Assembly (NCBI RefSeq): GCF_000002075.1
Contig: NW_004797336.1
Span: 1,837,787-1,901,786 of the forward strand
Direction of reading: 5' to 3'
DNA: 64,000 bases
From: Aplysia californica
Taxonomy: Eukaryota
In this document: positions 1 to 14,640 of the stretch, piece after piece
Position numbering within the stretch: position 1 is the stretch's first letter
How the letters are laid out: each line of letters begins with the position of its first letter
Made by a program: the position numbers and the translations under genes
Notes under the pieces: model-generated
What the model saw: the letters and a program-made list of their open reading frames with translations, nothing else
Databases searched by the model: none
What the model was told of the DNA's origin: nothing

Positions 1-302
1 AGGCATATCCGTAAATACAACTTTTAGATTAACGTGTTACTTTCCCAATGATTGTATCAATATCACGGTCAAGTGATGCAAAAACCCATCTATTTTTGTT
101 CTCGGTGTTTTATTCCAAGTAATGTCCAATTGAATCAGACGTGGTGTTTTATAATTAAGGTTATTTCAAAGGAGTAGGTCATCAAAAAATGTTCGAAATA
201 TTTGTTATGGATTTGAAGTTCCCAAATAGTAAAATTGTTACATCATAACCAGCAACGTACCCGTCTTTGAACCTCTGCTTCCAAATGTCCGTCTGCCCTC
301 AG

Positions 303-990
303 AGCACCCCTGTACCTGAACCTGCACTCTCCCTGGCTGACCAAACCCTACCACCTGGATGCCCTGGACGAGTTCATACAGAAGATGGTAGAGATGGATG
401 ACGTTTTCCTGGTCACTGTAAACCAGGCCTTACAGTGGCAGATGGACCCCACCCCACTGGATCAAATCAACGAGTTTGCCCCGTGGCAGTGTCCAGGCTT
501 CGAACCCAACGCCGAAGACAGGAAAATCTGCTCTTTTGTGTTCAAACACAAAAGGAAAGGTCACATGACAGGCCATGGAGGCAGTCAGGACTCTAGTGGG
601 GGGCATGGGAAAAGTAGTGCAAGCCATGGTAGAAGTAACACCAAGCCCAAGGGTAATTACGTGGTTCAAAGAAAGTCAGATGACCACTCCTCCGACCACA
701 ACGTCCATCATGACAGGAAAGATGACCACAGGGACACCCACCACGCCGACTCTTCTAGCCACGAAGACGTACGATCTGACAAACACGACCTCCACAGAGA
801 TGACCATCACAACGATCACCACGACAACACGGACCACACAAGGTACACGTCTGGTAACTCCATCCACCATCATCACCACCGCACCCACAAACCTTGGTTT
901 CTCAAGAGTGGGGCTTCTAATTCTCTCGGGCCCTCCCTGCTGATCTTTTTTCTGAGTTGTCTATCAGTTGCAAGCTTTCTGTTCACCTGA
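303..990 (+). CDS. Terminal exon of a chitin deacetylase-like (CE4/polysaccharide deacetylase) protein with His/Asp-rich tail and putative GPI-anchor signal
   Basis: Acceptor ctgccctcag at 301-302. The frame reads (R)APLYLNLHSPWLTKPYHLDALDEFIQKMVEMDDVFLVTVNQALQWQMDPTPLDQINEFAPWQC, matching the C-terminal part of animal chitin deacetylases (NRAP.GL..H..W...DV.FVT..Q.I.W...P). Then a His/Asp-rich stretch and hydrophobic end SGASNSLGPSLLIFFLSCLSVASFLFT*. AATAAA at 1060-1065. Upstream exons lie outside the window. Confidence 0.85.
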
Positions 991-1299
991 ATCTCTCTAT
1001 CTGTTCCGTAGCATCCAATACATATTATATCATGTCATCATCTAAAACAAAAAAAAAACAATAAAGAAAAAGTTTCTTCCAACTACTTGTCTTATCCATT
1101 TGTGCCCTATTTTTCATATGTTCTTGTAAAGGAATACAATTCGATATGCTTGCAAATGCTGTAGGTCATCATCTACTCAATTTAGATCTTTAGTGGATAG
1201 GCCGCTTTGATTCAGAGCCAACCTAGGCAGAGTGGTACATGTACCAGAAAGTCAGTAAAAGAAAATGTTAAACAAAAATTCTTTGAAAAGGAATCAAAT

Positions 1300-1301
<2 letters not shown>

Positions 1302-1332
<31 letters not shown>
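1302..1332. repeat. (TA)n microsatellite
   Basis: Direct reading. Confidence 0.9.
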
Positions 1333-1335
<3 letters not shown>

Positions 1336-1911
1336 CGAGCAACAGCAAAGAGTCTAAATGTTACACCACAGACGCTTCCTGTACTGCTAAGGCAAAAGTT
1401 CACGAAGAAACTGACTGTTCTTAAAGTTCTGCGACAATGCAGGAGTGAGTAAGTACAATACAGGTCATTTTGAAGATGGAGAGCTTGATTCTGTCCTGAA
1501 GTATTGTGCGTAGAGGACATTCCAGTCACGATGAAAGTATACTTTGGATCCCCACTCAGATTTAAAGCATGACCTTCTAAGGGGTAGATCAAATTCGTAA
1601 CCAATTGCACTACACCAGCCGAAGTTGAAAATTGGGGAAAGAAGTATGACCAGCCAGTGGCGCCTTCCAGCCACTTCACGTTGATTTTTACGAAATTAAT
1701 CATACTATATTTAAGTTTAAGAGGCAGGACCTTCTTCTTCTACTCCATCAGTATCATTCACCACCAACAGGACTGAGCCGAGCAAGCGGTAAGCCATTAG
1801 AACTTCCTGATTTAAAAAACAACCCAAAACCCAATTGGTCGCTTTTAATTTTAAGCACAATGGGGCAATCCCGAAAACTGCTGTTTTGAGATAATCGAAG
1901 ATAAAGTTTTT

Positions 1912-2150
1912 TGAGTTTTAGTAGACGTTTTACGGCGCTCGGAACAGTATAAGGTCATATGAGGGCCAGAATATTAGAGATGTTACAAGGGAGTAACAAA
2001 CACAAAAAAGGAGGGGAGATAAAGACGATAGATGTTTGACAGGAAAGAAGGAGCAAACCACACCAGAGAACCCGCCAACCTCCCACGAGGTAAAGTCTTA
2101 GACCCTTGTTCAGTTTCTTTAAAAGAAAAGAAAAGTTTTCTCTGAAACTA
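1912..2150 (-). mobile_element. 3' end of a retroposon (LINE/SINE tail family ending ...catatgacc..gagcgccgtaaaac)
   Basis: Minus strand ends ctcatatgaccttatactgttccgagcgccgtaaaac plus an actaaa-like tail. Near-identical to the SINE tail at 24505-24546 and similar to 8205-8236 and 50430-50490. Confidence 0.55.
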
Positions 2151-3299
2151 AACGAATAATATGCACACCAATGAAACCAAACTTCTCCTATACCCCTATA
2201 CAGGTAGGGCAATGCCCACTTTTGGTGTAAGTCAAGATTGCTGGAAACACCCGAATTCTGGGTTAGCCCACTTAAAAGCGACTAACTGGGGACCCTAACT
2301 AAGCCAATGCATAAGTTCCAGCAGCAGTACACTAACTGAACTATAAAAAGGTTGGTGGAGTCAGGCATCCAAGACCCAGTTAACTTGTTCGAAATCAATT
2401 CATAATCAACAATCATATACACCATTTTCTTCATCAGCACCCTAAAAAGAGAGGAATTCACTATTTTAGTCTTCTAATTGTGGAGGATTTTCACTGGACA
2501 TGAATTCATGTACCAACGTCGTGAGTTGAACCTTTAGCCATGTTATGCACTTGCAAAACATCAGACCAGCTGAAGCAACGATGTCAGGGACGAATAACCT
2601 ATCAACATAACATCTGTCCCACTTACAGAAAGCATCTCTCTTTAAAACCAATCTCTCAAATTTTCATTTCTCGAATGGACGTTTGCACAGTATAACAAAG
2701 TATCATTTTCATCCTAAAATCATTATATTAATAATATTATAATTATACCCTGTGAAATTTAAATTTAAAAAATATTTTTAAAGTAAAGAGAAGAACATCA
2801 GCAAGGCAAAAAAGCAAGACATACAGACAGTTGAGACAGAAACAACAGAGGAAAGATCAGAAGCACCTACCATGAAAAAAAAAGCTTGTGAATACTTTTT
2901 CATAGAGAGAAAAAAAAAACACCCACAATTCAAGAAAACCCACGACACGCTTATATCTCTGACAACTTGCCATGGTCGTCATCACTGTGGCACATGACAC
3001 TGTGACGGTCATACAGCAAGCACATAAAGGCACTTCTATGATCCAGTGCCTATACCCGTAATTTACCTCAAATTTATTTATCTAAAATTAAAAGGAGCAC
3101 ACAAAAGCAAAATGAGAGACACACTGCCACAATGTCATTTAATCCAAAATGAACCCTGACCTCCCGAGCCCAAATTAACCCGTCCCCTGGCTTCCTGATA
3201 AAAAAATGCCTACTTGGCTGCACACTCCCTGAACTACGAGTCTCTTCTTAATATTCAAACCAATTCCTTCTTCCTTGAGCTGCCTTGATCTGTACAATA

Positions 3300-4674
3300 C
3301 AGGGCGATCCCCCCCAAAAAAACAATTTTTTTTCTAAATATCTCGCACAAAATGTGTACTAGATTCTAGATCTAGCATGTTGTAATTTGGAACAGATATA
3401 ATTCATTCAAAAGGAATTTGTTTGACATAAAATTCACAAAGAAAAAAATTGTTTTCGAAAACGTAAATGGATTTTTATTAAAACAACCTATAAAAATACA
3501 AAATACACTAATTTAAAAGATATTGTAAAGTCATGAAATGATTGGTTTGTTTTTTCCTTTCCTTTTATATTTTAAAATCTAATCTTTCCATCCCTGTAAC
3601 CTTTAATATTTCCTTTTTCTCCTACAGAGTTTTAAAAAATATTTTTAAATTCTGCAATTCTGAGAACAAATTTTAATCATATATATCATATGTCCCCCTT
3701 TGGACTCGACACATTTAAACGCGTCAATCGTAATGTTCAGTGGTGGCCAAACACAAAGATCTCCTCAACCATGATTACTCAAAGCCACACACACTGTAAA
3801 CCTTACAGTACGGAGCTGTTTCTAGAGACAAATGGAGGTTGCCCAAATAGACAGCATTTGTGGAGTTGATGTAACCTGAAAGAGATAAGTAAAAATGGGC
3901 TTTGCCAAGGAACCAAATGTCATTGAGTAATGTTCATGCTTTTCAAGACGATCAACGTATCATGAACACATTGTTATCCTCTGATACTGATAGCTTCGAG
4001 AACGGGAAAATGGTACTGTCGTAGGTGAAGATCTGCCATGACAATGCGGACCGTCGAGATGTAGGAAAGCCATTGCTGCAGACATCGTCTACGAACAGAC
4101 GCCCCATGGGGCTCATCTACTGAATTCTGCACCCCGGTGACCTTTGGATTTCGAATGAAGTGTGCTTGACCAGAAGTGGTCGGTTTGTCTGGGAATTTTT
4201 AGTTCTAACTCTCTACAGGTCCTAACTGACGGACCATTTCCACCCTTGACATCAAATAAGGCCTTAAGGGTACTTAAACATTATTTCCGTACCATGTGCG
4301 AAACTTACGAAATGAATTGGTGGTGAGGAAACGTTCAATAAAAAAAGCTCTCTGCTCTTCACTAAATCCTGCAAACTTCTGTTGGCCTGTTAGACGACTG
4401 TAGTTTGCAAAATGGCGAAATCCTTGGTACTTTTAGTGGTAGGCCTAATGCGAACTAGTGCGTCATGCTACAAAAATGGAGACAGCTGAAAATGCGTTGC
4501 TTTTTACACGCTATGCAGAGCAGAACTATTCTGTGGATTTATCTAAAATGAATATCGGACAAATTCCATTTCAACTTCCAATTAATGTTGAGTACAAATT
4601 TGAAGCGCAAAATTTCAGTGTGGAGGAAAATATTAACCCCCTAAAAATGTGGGTTTTTTAAAAATCTCATCCTG
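3300..4674 (-). mobile_element. Degenerate Tc1/mariner-superfamily DNA transposon
   Basis: TA|CAGGGCGA at 3298-3307 and TCATCCTG|TA at 4667-4676 (decayed TIRs, TA target duplication, 1.37 kb). Minus-strand remnants DIWFLGKAHFYL and GYINSTNAVY resemble the IWFSDEAHFHL.G.VN.QN transposase motif. Many stops and frameshifts. Confidence 0.6.
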
Positions 4675-7600
4675 TAGTCAGAGGTGTCGCGTGGGTTGCA
4701 GACAAGGTGGTGCATAATTGGAAAGTGAACAAATGGGCAATAGGCTTACTAGATCTAGCTACTATTAAAATTGTAATGAGCGGTAGGTGGGCGCTCTGGT
4801 GTGGTCTGTTCTTTCTATTGCTTNNNNNNNNNNNNNNNNNNNNNNNNNNNNNNNNNNNNNNNNNNNNNNNNNNNNNNNNNNNNNNNNNNNNNNNNNNNNN
4901 NNNNNNNNNNNNNNNNNNNNNNNNNNNNNNNNNNNNNNNNNNNNNNNNNNNNNNNNNNNNNNNNNNNNNNNNNNNNNNAGAGAGAGAGAAAGGCAAAGAG
5001 ACAGTGAGTGTGATTGATGACCAATCCTTGTCAGTGTCTGACCGATCAGTAAAAAGCAGATAATGGAAACAGTACAATTTCTTTTTGGACAAGCTCAGCG
5101 TAAGCCATTCATACTTTTCATACCACGTACAGGAAATAGAGCGAACATTATTCTTGAGCTCAAAATCTGGCGGCTAATGAGGACCAAGCTCTTTTATGCG
5201 CACTTTCTCTTCTAAATGTAGCCTGCTGAATGGCACAAGAAGCAAAGCGTTAACGTGATTCATCTAGATTTCTAGAGAAAGTCAGAATCAGCAAGATATC
5301 CCGTAATCTACATCTTTCGATATTCACAACTGTTTCTAGATGAAGCCGCATAAAAGCTGCAATAAAGTGACACAATACTAACAACTCACTATGCTCATAA
5401 TCTGAGAAGATTTAAAGATTTCTAATTACTTTACATGTACTTCACTTCGTGCAGCACCAAAAACCAGACTCAATTTGAAAATTTACCTTAACAGGACTTG
5501 CTACACAATTATAGAGGGAGACAACAGTTTCGATACCCATTCTTCATTGAGTTACTGTAGACTCTAGTGTACATGTAGTAGATGCTAGCCTAGCGTAAAC
5601 TTGGGATCAAATTTTTAGCTTGTACCAAATTGATGCTGTAAAGAGGAGTTTCATGCACCTTTCTTCTTGTGCGGGAAGAACGATGCCTAGATTTCTCTAC
5701 AGTGACAAACATAACTTTGGTGCAAAGATTTTGCTTGCTCCCAGCAGACACGACCGCAAGCGGTGCGACGAGCATAAACCTTCCTCGCTGTCTGTCTCTT
5801 CACTGGCGCGCGCGCAGCCAACGGGTGACAGATCGCAAGGATGTAGGCTTATACTAGTAGCCTACTAGTATGTAGATCTAGAGCACTGACTGGTTTAGAA
5901 TAATTAGAAAAGGGAGGGGGGGTGTGAAGGCCAGGGTTAGGTGCGCCCCGCCACTGCCTGTAGTTACCACAAAACATACAAGTCCCTTTCTATCCATGTA
6001 CAGACTACTGTTCTACGATAGACTCGCACACACCGGCATATCAGTGCTTCGGGGCAGGGGCAAATAACTCGCACCCTGAAATATCAGAGTCACGGGTTCA
6101 TTGAGGTAATGCTAAAAAAAAAATAGACAGAAAGACAGAAAAGACAAGAGGGACAGTAAAGTACAAATAGGACTTGCGACATACAAACTCCATCCATCCA
6201 GTAACAAAAAATGACGCCACCAAAACACGGAAATGAAACAAGACGCAACCTTTGCGAGAGGATTTATTGTATATTTTTTCATTGACCCCACATAAGAACA
6301 TCAACCAACCAACATTGCTAGTTTATTATTATTATAATGGTATTCAACAAGATTAATTCAGTGTGAAGAAGCACCTTCCCACAGTACAGCGGAAGATGAT
6401 GCCCACAGCTGTGCAGCAGCCATTTTAAAAGACTGCACTCAAAGAAAAACTCCAATGTTCATACAGAATATGGGGGTCTATCATCTATGTGAGCTGATGC
6501 AAAAGAGAACAATAGTAACAAAAACACCCCAGAGCAAACATAAAATCAAACAACCGAATTCAAGTTAATAAAATGTATGTTCATGTGTGGAAGAAGTAAA
6601 AGGTTNNNNNNNNNNNNNNNNNNNNNNNNNNNNNNNNNNNNNNNNNNNNNNNNNNNNNNNNNNNNNNNNNNNNNNNNNNNNNNNNNNNNNNNNNNNNNNN
6701 NNNNNNNNNNNNNNNNNNNNNNNNNNNNNNNNNNNNNNNNNNNNNNNNNNNNNNNNAAGCAGACAGACAGAAAAGAGAAAAGACAAAAAGCTGAAGGAAC
6801 GAAAACTAAAAAAACCTCAAAACAATCACCTTACTCAACTGTAGCACAAACATGTAAAAACTGAAGCATAGAACCCGATTTAAAAAAGGGGGGCAAATGA
6901 GAAGTAGCAAAACACTTGCCTCGTGAAAAAAAAAAATTTCCAATTAACGTGGTCAGATTTCACCATAGGAAACAAGAGTTTCCAAAGCCACACAGAATCA
7001 CAAATCAAAAACTTGAAGACATCTATACGATATGAGAATTTTTTTTTAAAAAGGGTAATAAATCCAACATTGATACCCATAAAAACGAGGCCAGCAGAAA
7101 TACATACAAATGACAGCATGATCAGTATTTCATGACAAAAGACAATAGATGAGCACGAGGGTCAATGCACCAAGAAGTACTTGCACCAGATTCTTTTCAT
7201 TTGGAACTGTCCCTTTTCTGTGCCGAGATACCGTAGTCGTCCTAAAGTGCAGGCTACTTTTACACATTTTCATACTTTTTACACTACAAAACAGTTTTGG
7301 AAGGATCTGGCTTACACACACATTTCAAAGCAATGCCTAGCATCATTTGCTAAAAAGCTATCACACCATTGTCCAAATTTCAAACTTGTTAGACTTTTTA
7401 AAGCAAGGAGAGGGCGATGGATTAAACGTGTTAAAAAAAAAAGGGAGCTTGGCAGGGGGGGTTTACTTACTCAGCTCTGGCCAGGAGTATCACAATCATA
7501 ACATCAAGATTCCGGATCCATTGCACACAACGGGACAACTGAATGAGCAAACACATGAAACTAAAATATGTACACCACAGAGTGTGTAAGAGTATATACA

Positions 7601-10600
7601 AGCTAATTGTTTGGACCTTGAAAGCTTACACTAGACACTTCAGCATTTTACTTCATCATAGATCCAAAGCACATACTGTAAGGTGCATATAAAGAAAACG
7701 AATGTTTGGAAAAAAAAAGAAAACTTTAATCACAATCTTTTTTGACAATCACACGTTTAAAATAAGGTGCGGTCATGAATTTATGCATGCNNNNNNNNNN
7801 NNNNNNNNNNNNNNNNNNNNNNNNNNNNNNNNNNNNNNNNNNNNNNNNNNNNNNNNNNNNNNNNNNNNNNNNNNNNNNNNNNNNNNNNNNNNNNNNNNNN
7901 NNNNNNNNNNNNNNNNNNNNNNNNNNNNNNNGGGTGCAAACTCAAACCTTTCCCAAAGCCGTCAGCTTTCCGCTCATCTTGCAAAAACCTGTGAGTAATA
8001 AGCGGCTCACCATGAAAACTCAGGTGTACCTTCACACATCTGACACCTCATACATCACATCAGGCTAACTTCTTAGATAACTTAAAGTGAGCAGATATAA
8101 GCAGATTATCTCAAATGAAGTGCCTATTACCAGCACAAATTAATAATGTTATATCCCCACTATCTCCCATATGTCACCTAAATCATTATTTTTATTTAGC
8201 AGAGGGTTTTACGGCGCTCGCAACTGCACAAGGCCAACTTAAATCAGTTTGAACTCATCAATTGAAGTTTTGAAAAAAAAAGAGACAAAGAAAGAAAATT
8301 ATCTAACTAACACAGGAACTCCGAAGATGAGACAGTTCAAGAGAAATTTGTTGGAATGATTCAGTACATGTTTTCCAGATATTAGGCCAGAATCATTTTT
8401 TTAGCCCCCCCCCCCCAAAAAAAAACCAAAACAACAACCCTGCAGTAACAAAAGAAAATATAAAGCTGAATAAAATGCTTAACCACAAGCTGACATGGTT
8501 GTGAAACTAAAACGAGAAATTGGGCTACGGAGAAAAAGATATGATGACAGTCAACAAAAGTATGACCTGTAACAGTAATGAATGACATCCGTCACATAAA
8601 TCTAGTGGAGCATCAAAACCAAGTAACACTGCCTCGTATGAGTTACGACCACCTGTCATTGTCTTCACTCTTATCAGCAACAAAATCAAATTAACTGAAA
8701 ACAAAACAAAAATCAATACCACTCTCAATGAGCAAGATCAGAGCACAAAGAGAGGCTGTAGGACAATTAACTTAACCGTTCACAAAACAGGATTATATAT
8801 TACAAGCACAAATACACGCAGAGACAGAAGACATGCCACTTCTCACAACTCCTTTCACAGTACCGCAAGCAAGATGCTGAAGAAACAAGCAAAGTTGCTT
8901 GGATGGGAGAACAAAACTCTGCCATTTCAACAGAGCAAGGCACACAACTAGCAAATGAAATGGCACCCCAACACAAAATCTGTCTTTCAGTTTTCTCTCC
9001 ACATACATCATCAATACTCTTCATATACAGACGTGACACATAATCATGAACGCAGATAAAAATGTCTTCATAATGAGTTGTCTGCCATCAACAGCATATA
9101 TTATTTATGTACAATAAATGTCATTTCCCAATGATCTGTGGCAGAGAATCACAATGGGCTTCATCATGCGTCATGAGCAGTCATCAAGGCCAGATTCCCT
9201 CCTAACATCACTCCGTGAGCTGTCCATGAAAACAAACACACATCTCATATTTCTGGCACGAGGTGATGACAGACATCATAGCAAATCATAACCTTCCCTG
9301 GTTCACACCCAAAGACAAACTCATAATTTGCCATATAATGCAGCATCAGTCATTCAAATGCAAGAAAATGTTCTGACCATCAAGGACAAGTAAATTTCCC
9401 CACAATATAAATATATTATTATTCATTTAGAACGTGTGCATGCACTCAAAAGAAAACATTGAAAATTTGCTCATGTACGAGTTGAAACTAATCTTTTTCA
9501 AAAGGTAATTATGTTCCCCACAGAAGATGATGTATACTAAGTTAACATCTACTCCACAATATAATCAATGACTTGATTATAAAAAGAATAAAAACTGTGC
9601 GTCCAACCATTAGCTTCATGTCCAATAATTAGGACAGTAATGAGAACCTAACTAAAACAATAAAATATCAGCTGCAGCATAGTTTGCAAAAATTGATGAA
9701 GTCATAGCCTTTCGCAGCAGACTTATTAGTTACCTTGGCACACACGAAAAAAAATAGCTTTTAATTGTAAGGACTTGTTCTTTCTTTTCATAGAGAAAAC
9801 CCCCCCACAAACAATTGGTATAGAACTAATGGGTAAAGTCAAATCACTAGTCCAGAAACATAAGAGAGACTGGCCTATACAGTGGACATATTAAGCCAGA
9901 TAAAAGGCTGCAATAAACCTTAGAAGTGAAATTTCAGAACAAAAACCCAAAAGTAGTGTACTTCATTTCATAGCTTTAAATACCCATGAGTTGCATTCGT
10001 TACTTCAAAGAAAAGCAAAAAATGTAGATATCTATAATTTTTGCTGATGTAAGAAAAGAATCATTTTTTAAAAGCATTGTAAGTCATTCAGGACAGGTAT
10101 GTCCACATCTTCTCAGAGATGTCATGAAGAACAAGAAAAAGGAACTCATATTTGCAGACTCCTGTATCCATCTGCAGCATAAGAAAGTAAGGGAAGGGAA
10201 AAAGCACACAATTACTATCAGCCTAAAGCTCAAAATAAAAAAAACAACAACCAAAAAACCCCCAAAACAACTAATCTATTATGAAACTTTAAGCAGCCAA
10301 TCCATAAAAGTGATACTTCATACTCACAACTTACAATCAAAACAGATTTAGCCATGATCAATCAAGTAAAGATTGCCAATATCATACTTCATGAAATATT
10401 AATAAGACAAGTCAAAGTTTATAGTAATAACCAAAAAAGTATATTTAAATTCAGATACAAAATAGATCACCCTCTTGCAAGAACCCCTTTTTAAAAAAGT
10501 GAAAGTAGCTTGCACAAGGAAACAGGCCCTTACTATAAGGACTGGAACATGTGTCACATCAGTATCCCAAAAACTGACAGAGAGAGAACTTTTTTTCAGA

Positions 10601-11597
10601 CAAACATCTTTAAAAAATTATGTCAAAGTGCAAATCTTGCTTGACACACGGAATCTAGATATAGGACCAGTGACGTACGGCGACATTTTCTCAAATTCTC
10701 TTCCTCACCATGCACAATATAGGTGAGGTGAGAAAGACCTGGTGAGCACTACTTGAACTTTGCTATTTTTCTTCTTTTGGCAAACACAGCAAACCAACGA
10801 ACTGACATTTAGTCTAAAAAGCACAAATTAGCTATGCCAGACTAACATCTGACAGTTTCTAACCTTTAATTTGAGGACAAGTCAGCAAAACTGAACTGTG
10901 GTTTCACCTTTAAATGCTTGAAGGAGAGAGATTTATAAATAGAGTCACTTGAGCTTAGGAGATTTACTTGGTACATTGGTATAGCAAACAAAAATTTCCG
11001 GAAAAGAATGGATCTTCATGCATAGGATACACGATTATTTGTGATTCTTTTTAAATTATGAGTAACCTCGAATAAGCGTTTTCGTATGAATGAAGAGAAA
11101 CAACCTTTGGGTTATAAAATGCTGGCCATCAGCAATGTACCAAAAGGGTCAATGGTACAAAACTCACTGAAAGGGAAAATTTGTGGTCACTTAGGAAGGT
11201 CATGAGAGCAAAAAACGTCCTATTTTACCCCCTTCATTCTTTGACATTATTTTTTCCATTCAATCTCATTTACTCTACATGCACTCACACTGCACAGGTT
11301 CTAACATTCAAGGGAACTTCAACACGATAACACAGATGGACAGTGTAATCTACAATTTACATCAGCACACTCACTTACTGAACTCACATCTCTATTTGAT
11401 AGTGTTTCTGCGATTCAAGCACTTAACAACTCACAATGTCAACTGGTCCCTGGGTTTAAGTTATAAGGCAGCCCCACTAAACTACTGATAAAAAGTTCCT
11501 GTCAAATGATCTGTCCTAGACAAGTGAAGAGCAACTGTAATTCCTCATGCAAAGCATCTCCATGACAAAAGTCAAAGGCTGTAAAAATTAGCAGATA

Positions 11598-12107
<510 letters not shown>

Positions 12108-13779
12108 TCATTGAGAAAATAGTAATTGTAACAATTGATGCAATAGGCAATATCCGTGTACCAAGATCAGAACTAATTTAACATGCAAAGCAGCAAAATG
12201 TTCGCGTTAAAACATTCTTACACCTACAGACAAAAATTTTTCTCAAAAGTAATCTCAGAATCAGAAGAAGGCAGGACTATAAAAGACAGGAGAAACTAAC
12301 CTCAAGGAGAGAAAGCGACCATTCTTATAGCTTAACTCACTTCACCCTGGCCAGTATGGGATCGCTGTGGTCACTCCACACTGGCAATTTTTCCCCTTTT
12401 CAAAACCTTTAAAAGAAAGTTAATTATAGTAAACTACTAGCTCAACCCCCAGTGACAACGTGCCAGGTCAGGATGAACAACATACTAGACTTCGGGAGCA
12501 GTTCATCTCAGTAAATGCATAATATTAACTCGGTTCTGGGCTATTTTAGAAAAGTCTGAGCTTTTTAGAGGCTTTCAAAATTTTACAAAAACTCCACCCT
12601 CTCACACTACACACCAAATTTACACCACAAAAACATCCAATACAGTACAATAACATGCAAAATAAAGGACAAAGAAATCTTTTGTGGCGTTTGTATTACA
12701 ATCTTTCAAAAATGGGCACAATTTTACCATGTGCAGAATTTTTCTTAAGAGGTACTTGTCCAAACTGAGGAGGAGTAAATTTACAGAAAAAGGCTTCACT
12801 TTGAGAGTAATTGAAAACAAAATCAAATAAGTACATCCTTCTTGTTTTCTACAGCAAAAAATGTTTTATTTCAGAGTGAAAACAAAAAAAATTGTCATTA
12901 TTATCGTAAAAAATCTCAAAACCAACAGATTTGTTTCGACATCATAATGAACGCCGACTCCATTACAGCAGTGAGAGAAGAAAAACACTGCGGATCGGTC
13001 GATCATCTGCTACACAAAAACTGCTACTCGGATAGAAGATCCGAAATGAAATTTTTATCAGAAGAGAGTAAATGATACCTGATGTGTGTTTCCCGCAACT
13101 TACACGATGAATTAGAAGAGCTGTCATGTTTAAAATACTGATGACGCAAGGGGTGCGGGAAAAGACTCAAGTGAGTCAATATGTGTCACCATGTGTTGGA
13201 ATCTGGCCCTCATCAATTTTGGGGCATGTGGAATTATTGGTATCAACTTAAAGCTTGTTCATTTGTCATGTTATCTGAGAAAAATCGACATTTTTCAGTG
13301 AAACCCATCCAGAATGAGAAATGTGTTCTTAATTGGACAAAGGTGGTGTTAAGCCCCCCCCCCCCCCCCCCCTAAAATTCCATAAAAATTGCCAAACTGG
13401 CAGAAAAATGACAATTTCTTCAATTTCATTATTTTGACCAGCGACTCACATGCAGTTTTTTATTTTCGTGTATTCATTTTTTAAATTACTGGGCTTTCAA
13501 GGAATTATGTCATTAAAACGTGTTGTCAAAGAGGTAACATCTGGCTCATATAATGGTACACCTTCCCTCTTGACAATACTTTTTTTCCTCTTCTTCTTTT
13601 TCTATGACATTCAAATGGTGAATCAGGTGAAGCCCAAATAGTGTTGTTCTGACAGAAAAAATTTTTCATGAGCGAATTAACGAGCCTGTGAGCCAGCAAT
13701 GCTAATCTTGGCTGGCTTGTTAATGACGCAACAATACATAACCTGTAAGCTCATTTCTTGATTTGGTAATTCAGTATGC

Positions 13780-14640
13780 CATATCTACGCCCATCGAGTG
13801 TTTACTCCAATACGACAATGCATCCAGCCCACTCCTTGTCTACGAATTGCAATCCCATGAGCTTCGGCCTGAAGTGGATGGAATCATTTAACCCACTGCT
13901 TGTAGAGCAGTCAGCTCATTTTTCGAGCACACCCTTTGCACTCCAGGATAATGAATCAGTCTCAAGTGCTCGCTACACCACTAATGTAAAGCGGGTTCTG
14001 TTTGTTGAAACTTGGCTGGGAGTAGTTCCATCTCCTTCTCATAGCAGACTTCGTGAGGGTTTTTGACTTGACAGGTTCATGCCATACACAATCCGAGTCA
14101 TTTTGGTTCCTACCTTCGCTAATACATCTTCAATGTCATTTCCTCACATAATATAACAGTGACCTGGTATCATGAGAACTGAGATCACAATCTCAGCTAT
14201 GTAGTTAAATCGTTGGGATCTTGTAGGTATGAAATGACTCTCTGATGATCCTTCTGACCATTCAATGTAGATTCCCCCCAAAGTCATCTTTGACAGCATC
14301 AGTTGCTGAGACACCTGTGTACACTCGGTCGCACTTGTGCCTGGGTAGTTTTTACCCTGGCGGTCAGGAGTAGTCATCTTCAAAGACTGTGGAGAGACTT
14401 TCTGCTTTCCATCAGAGTTCTTGTAGTTTCTTGGTCTGGAGAGGGTGAGCTTGGCACGTGTGTAATGGGACTGGGGATTCTTCCAATTTGATCTCCATTT
14501 CAGAGCTGGAGTGGAGACATTTGTGTAGGCTTGCTTGTCTTAATGGCTTGCTCAAGCTTTTTGAACCGCTTCATGGGATAGTCAGCATTCTTAAAATTTT
14601 TTCAAGCTGAATAATGGTCTTCAGGTCACACCCGAAGCTG
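13780..14640 (-). mobile_element. Possible decayed LINE ORF1 (SGNH-esterase-like) remnant in GOLPH3 intron 2
   Basis: More GC-rich than the flanks. Broken minus-strand motifs YPGTSA, KVGTK and DSIH loosely recall the esterase ORF1 of CR1/L2 elements. Weak. Confidence 0.25.

Noticed and set aside
430-943. Thr-rich and Val-rich ORFs overlapping the first gene
   Set aside because: Alternative-frame and antisense shadows of the His/Asp low-complexity codons.
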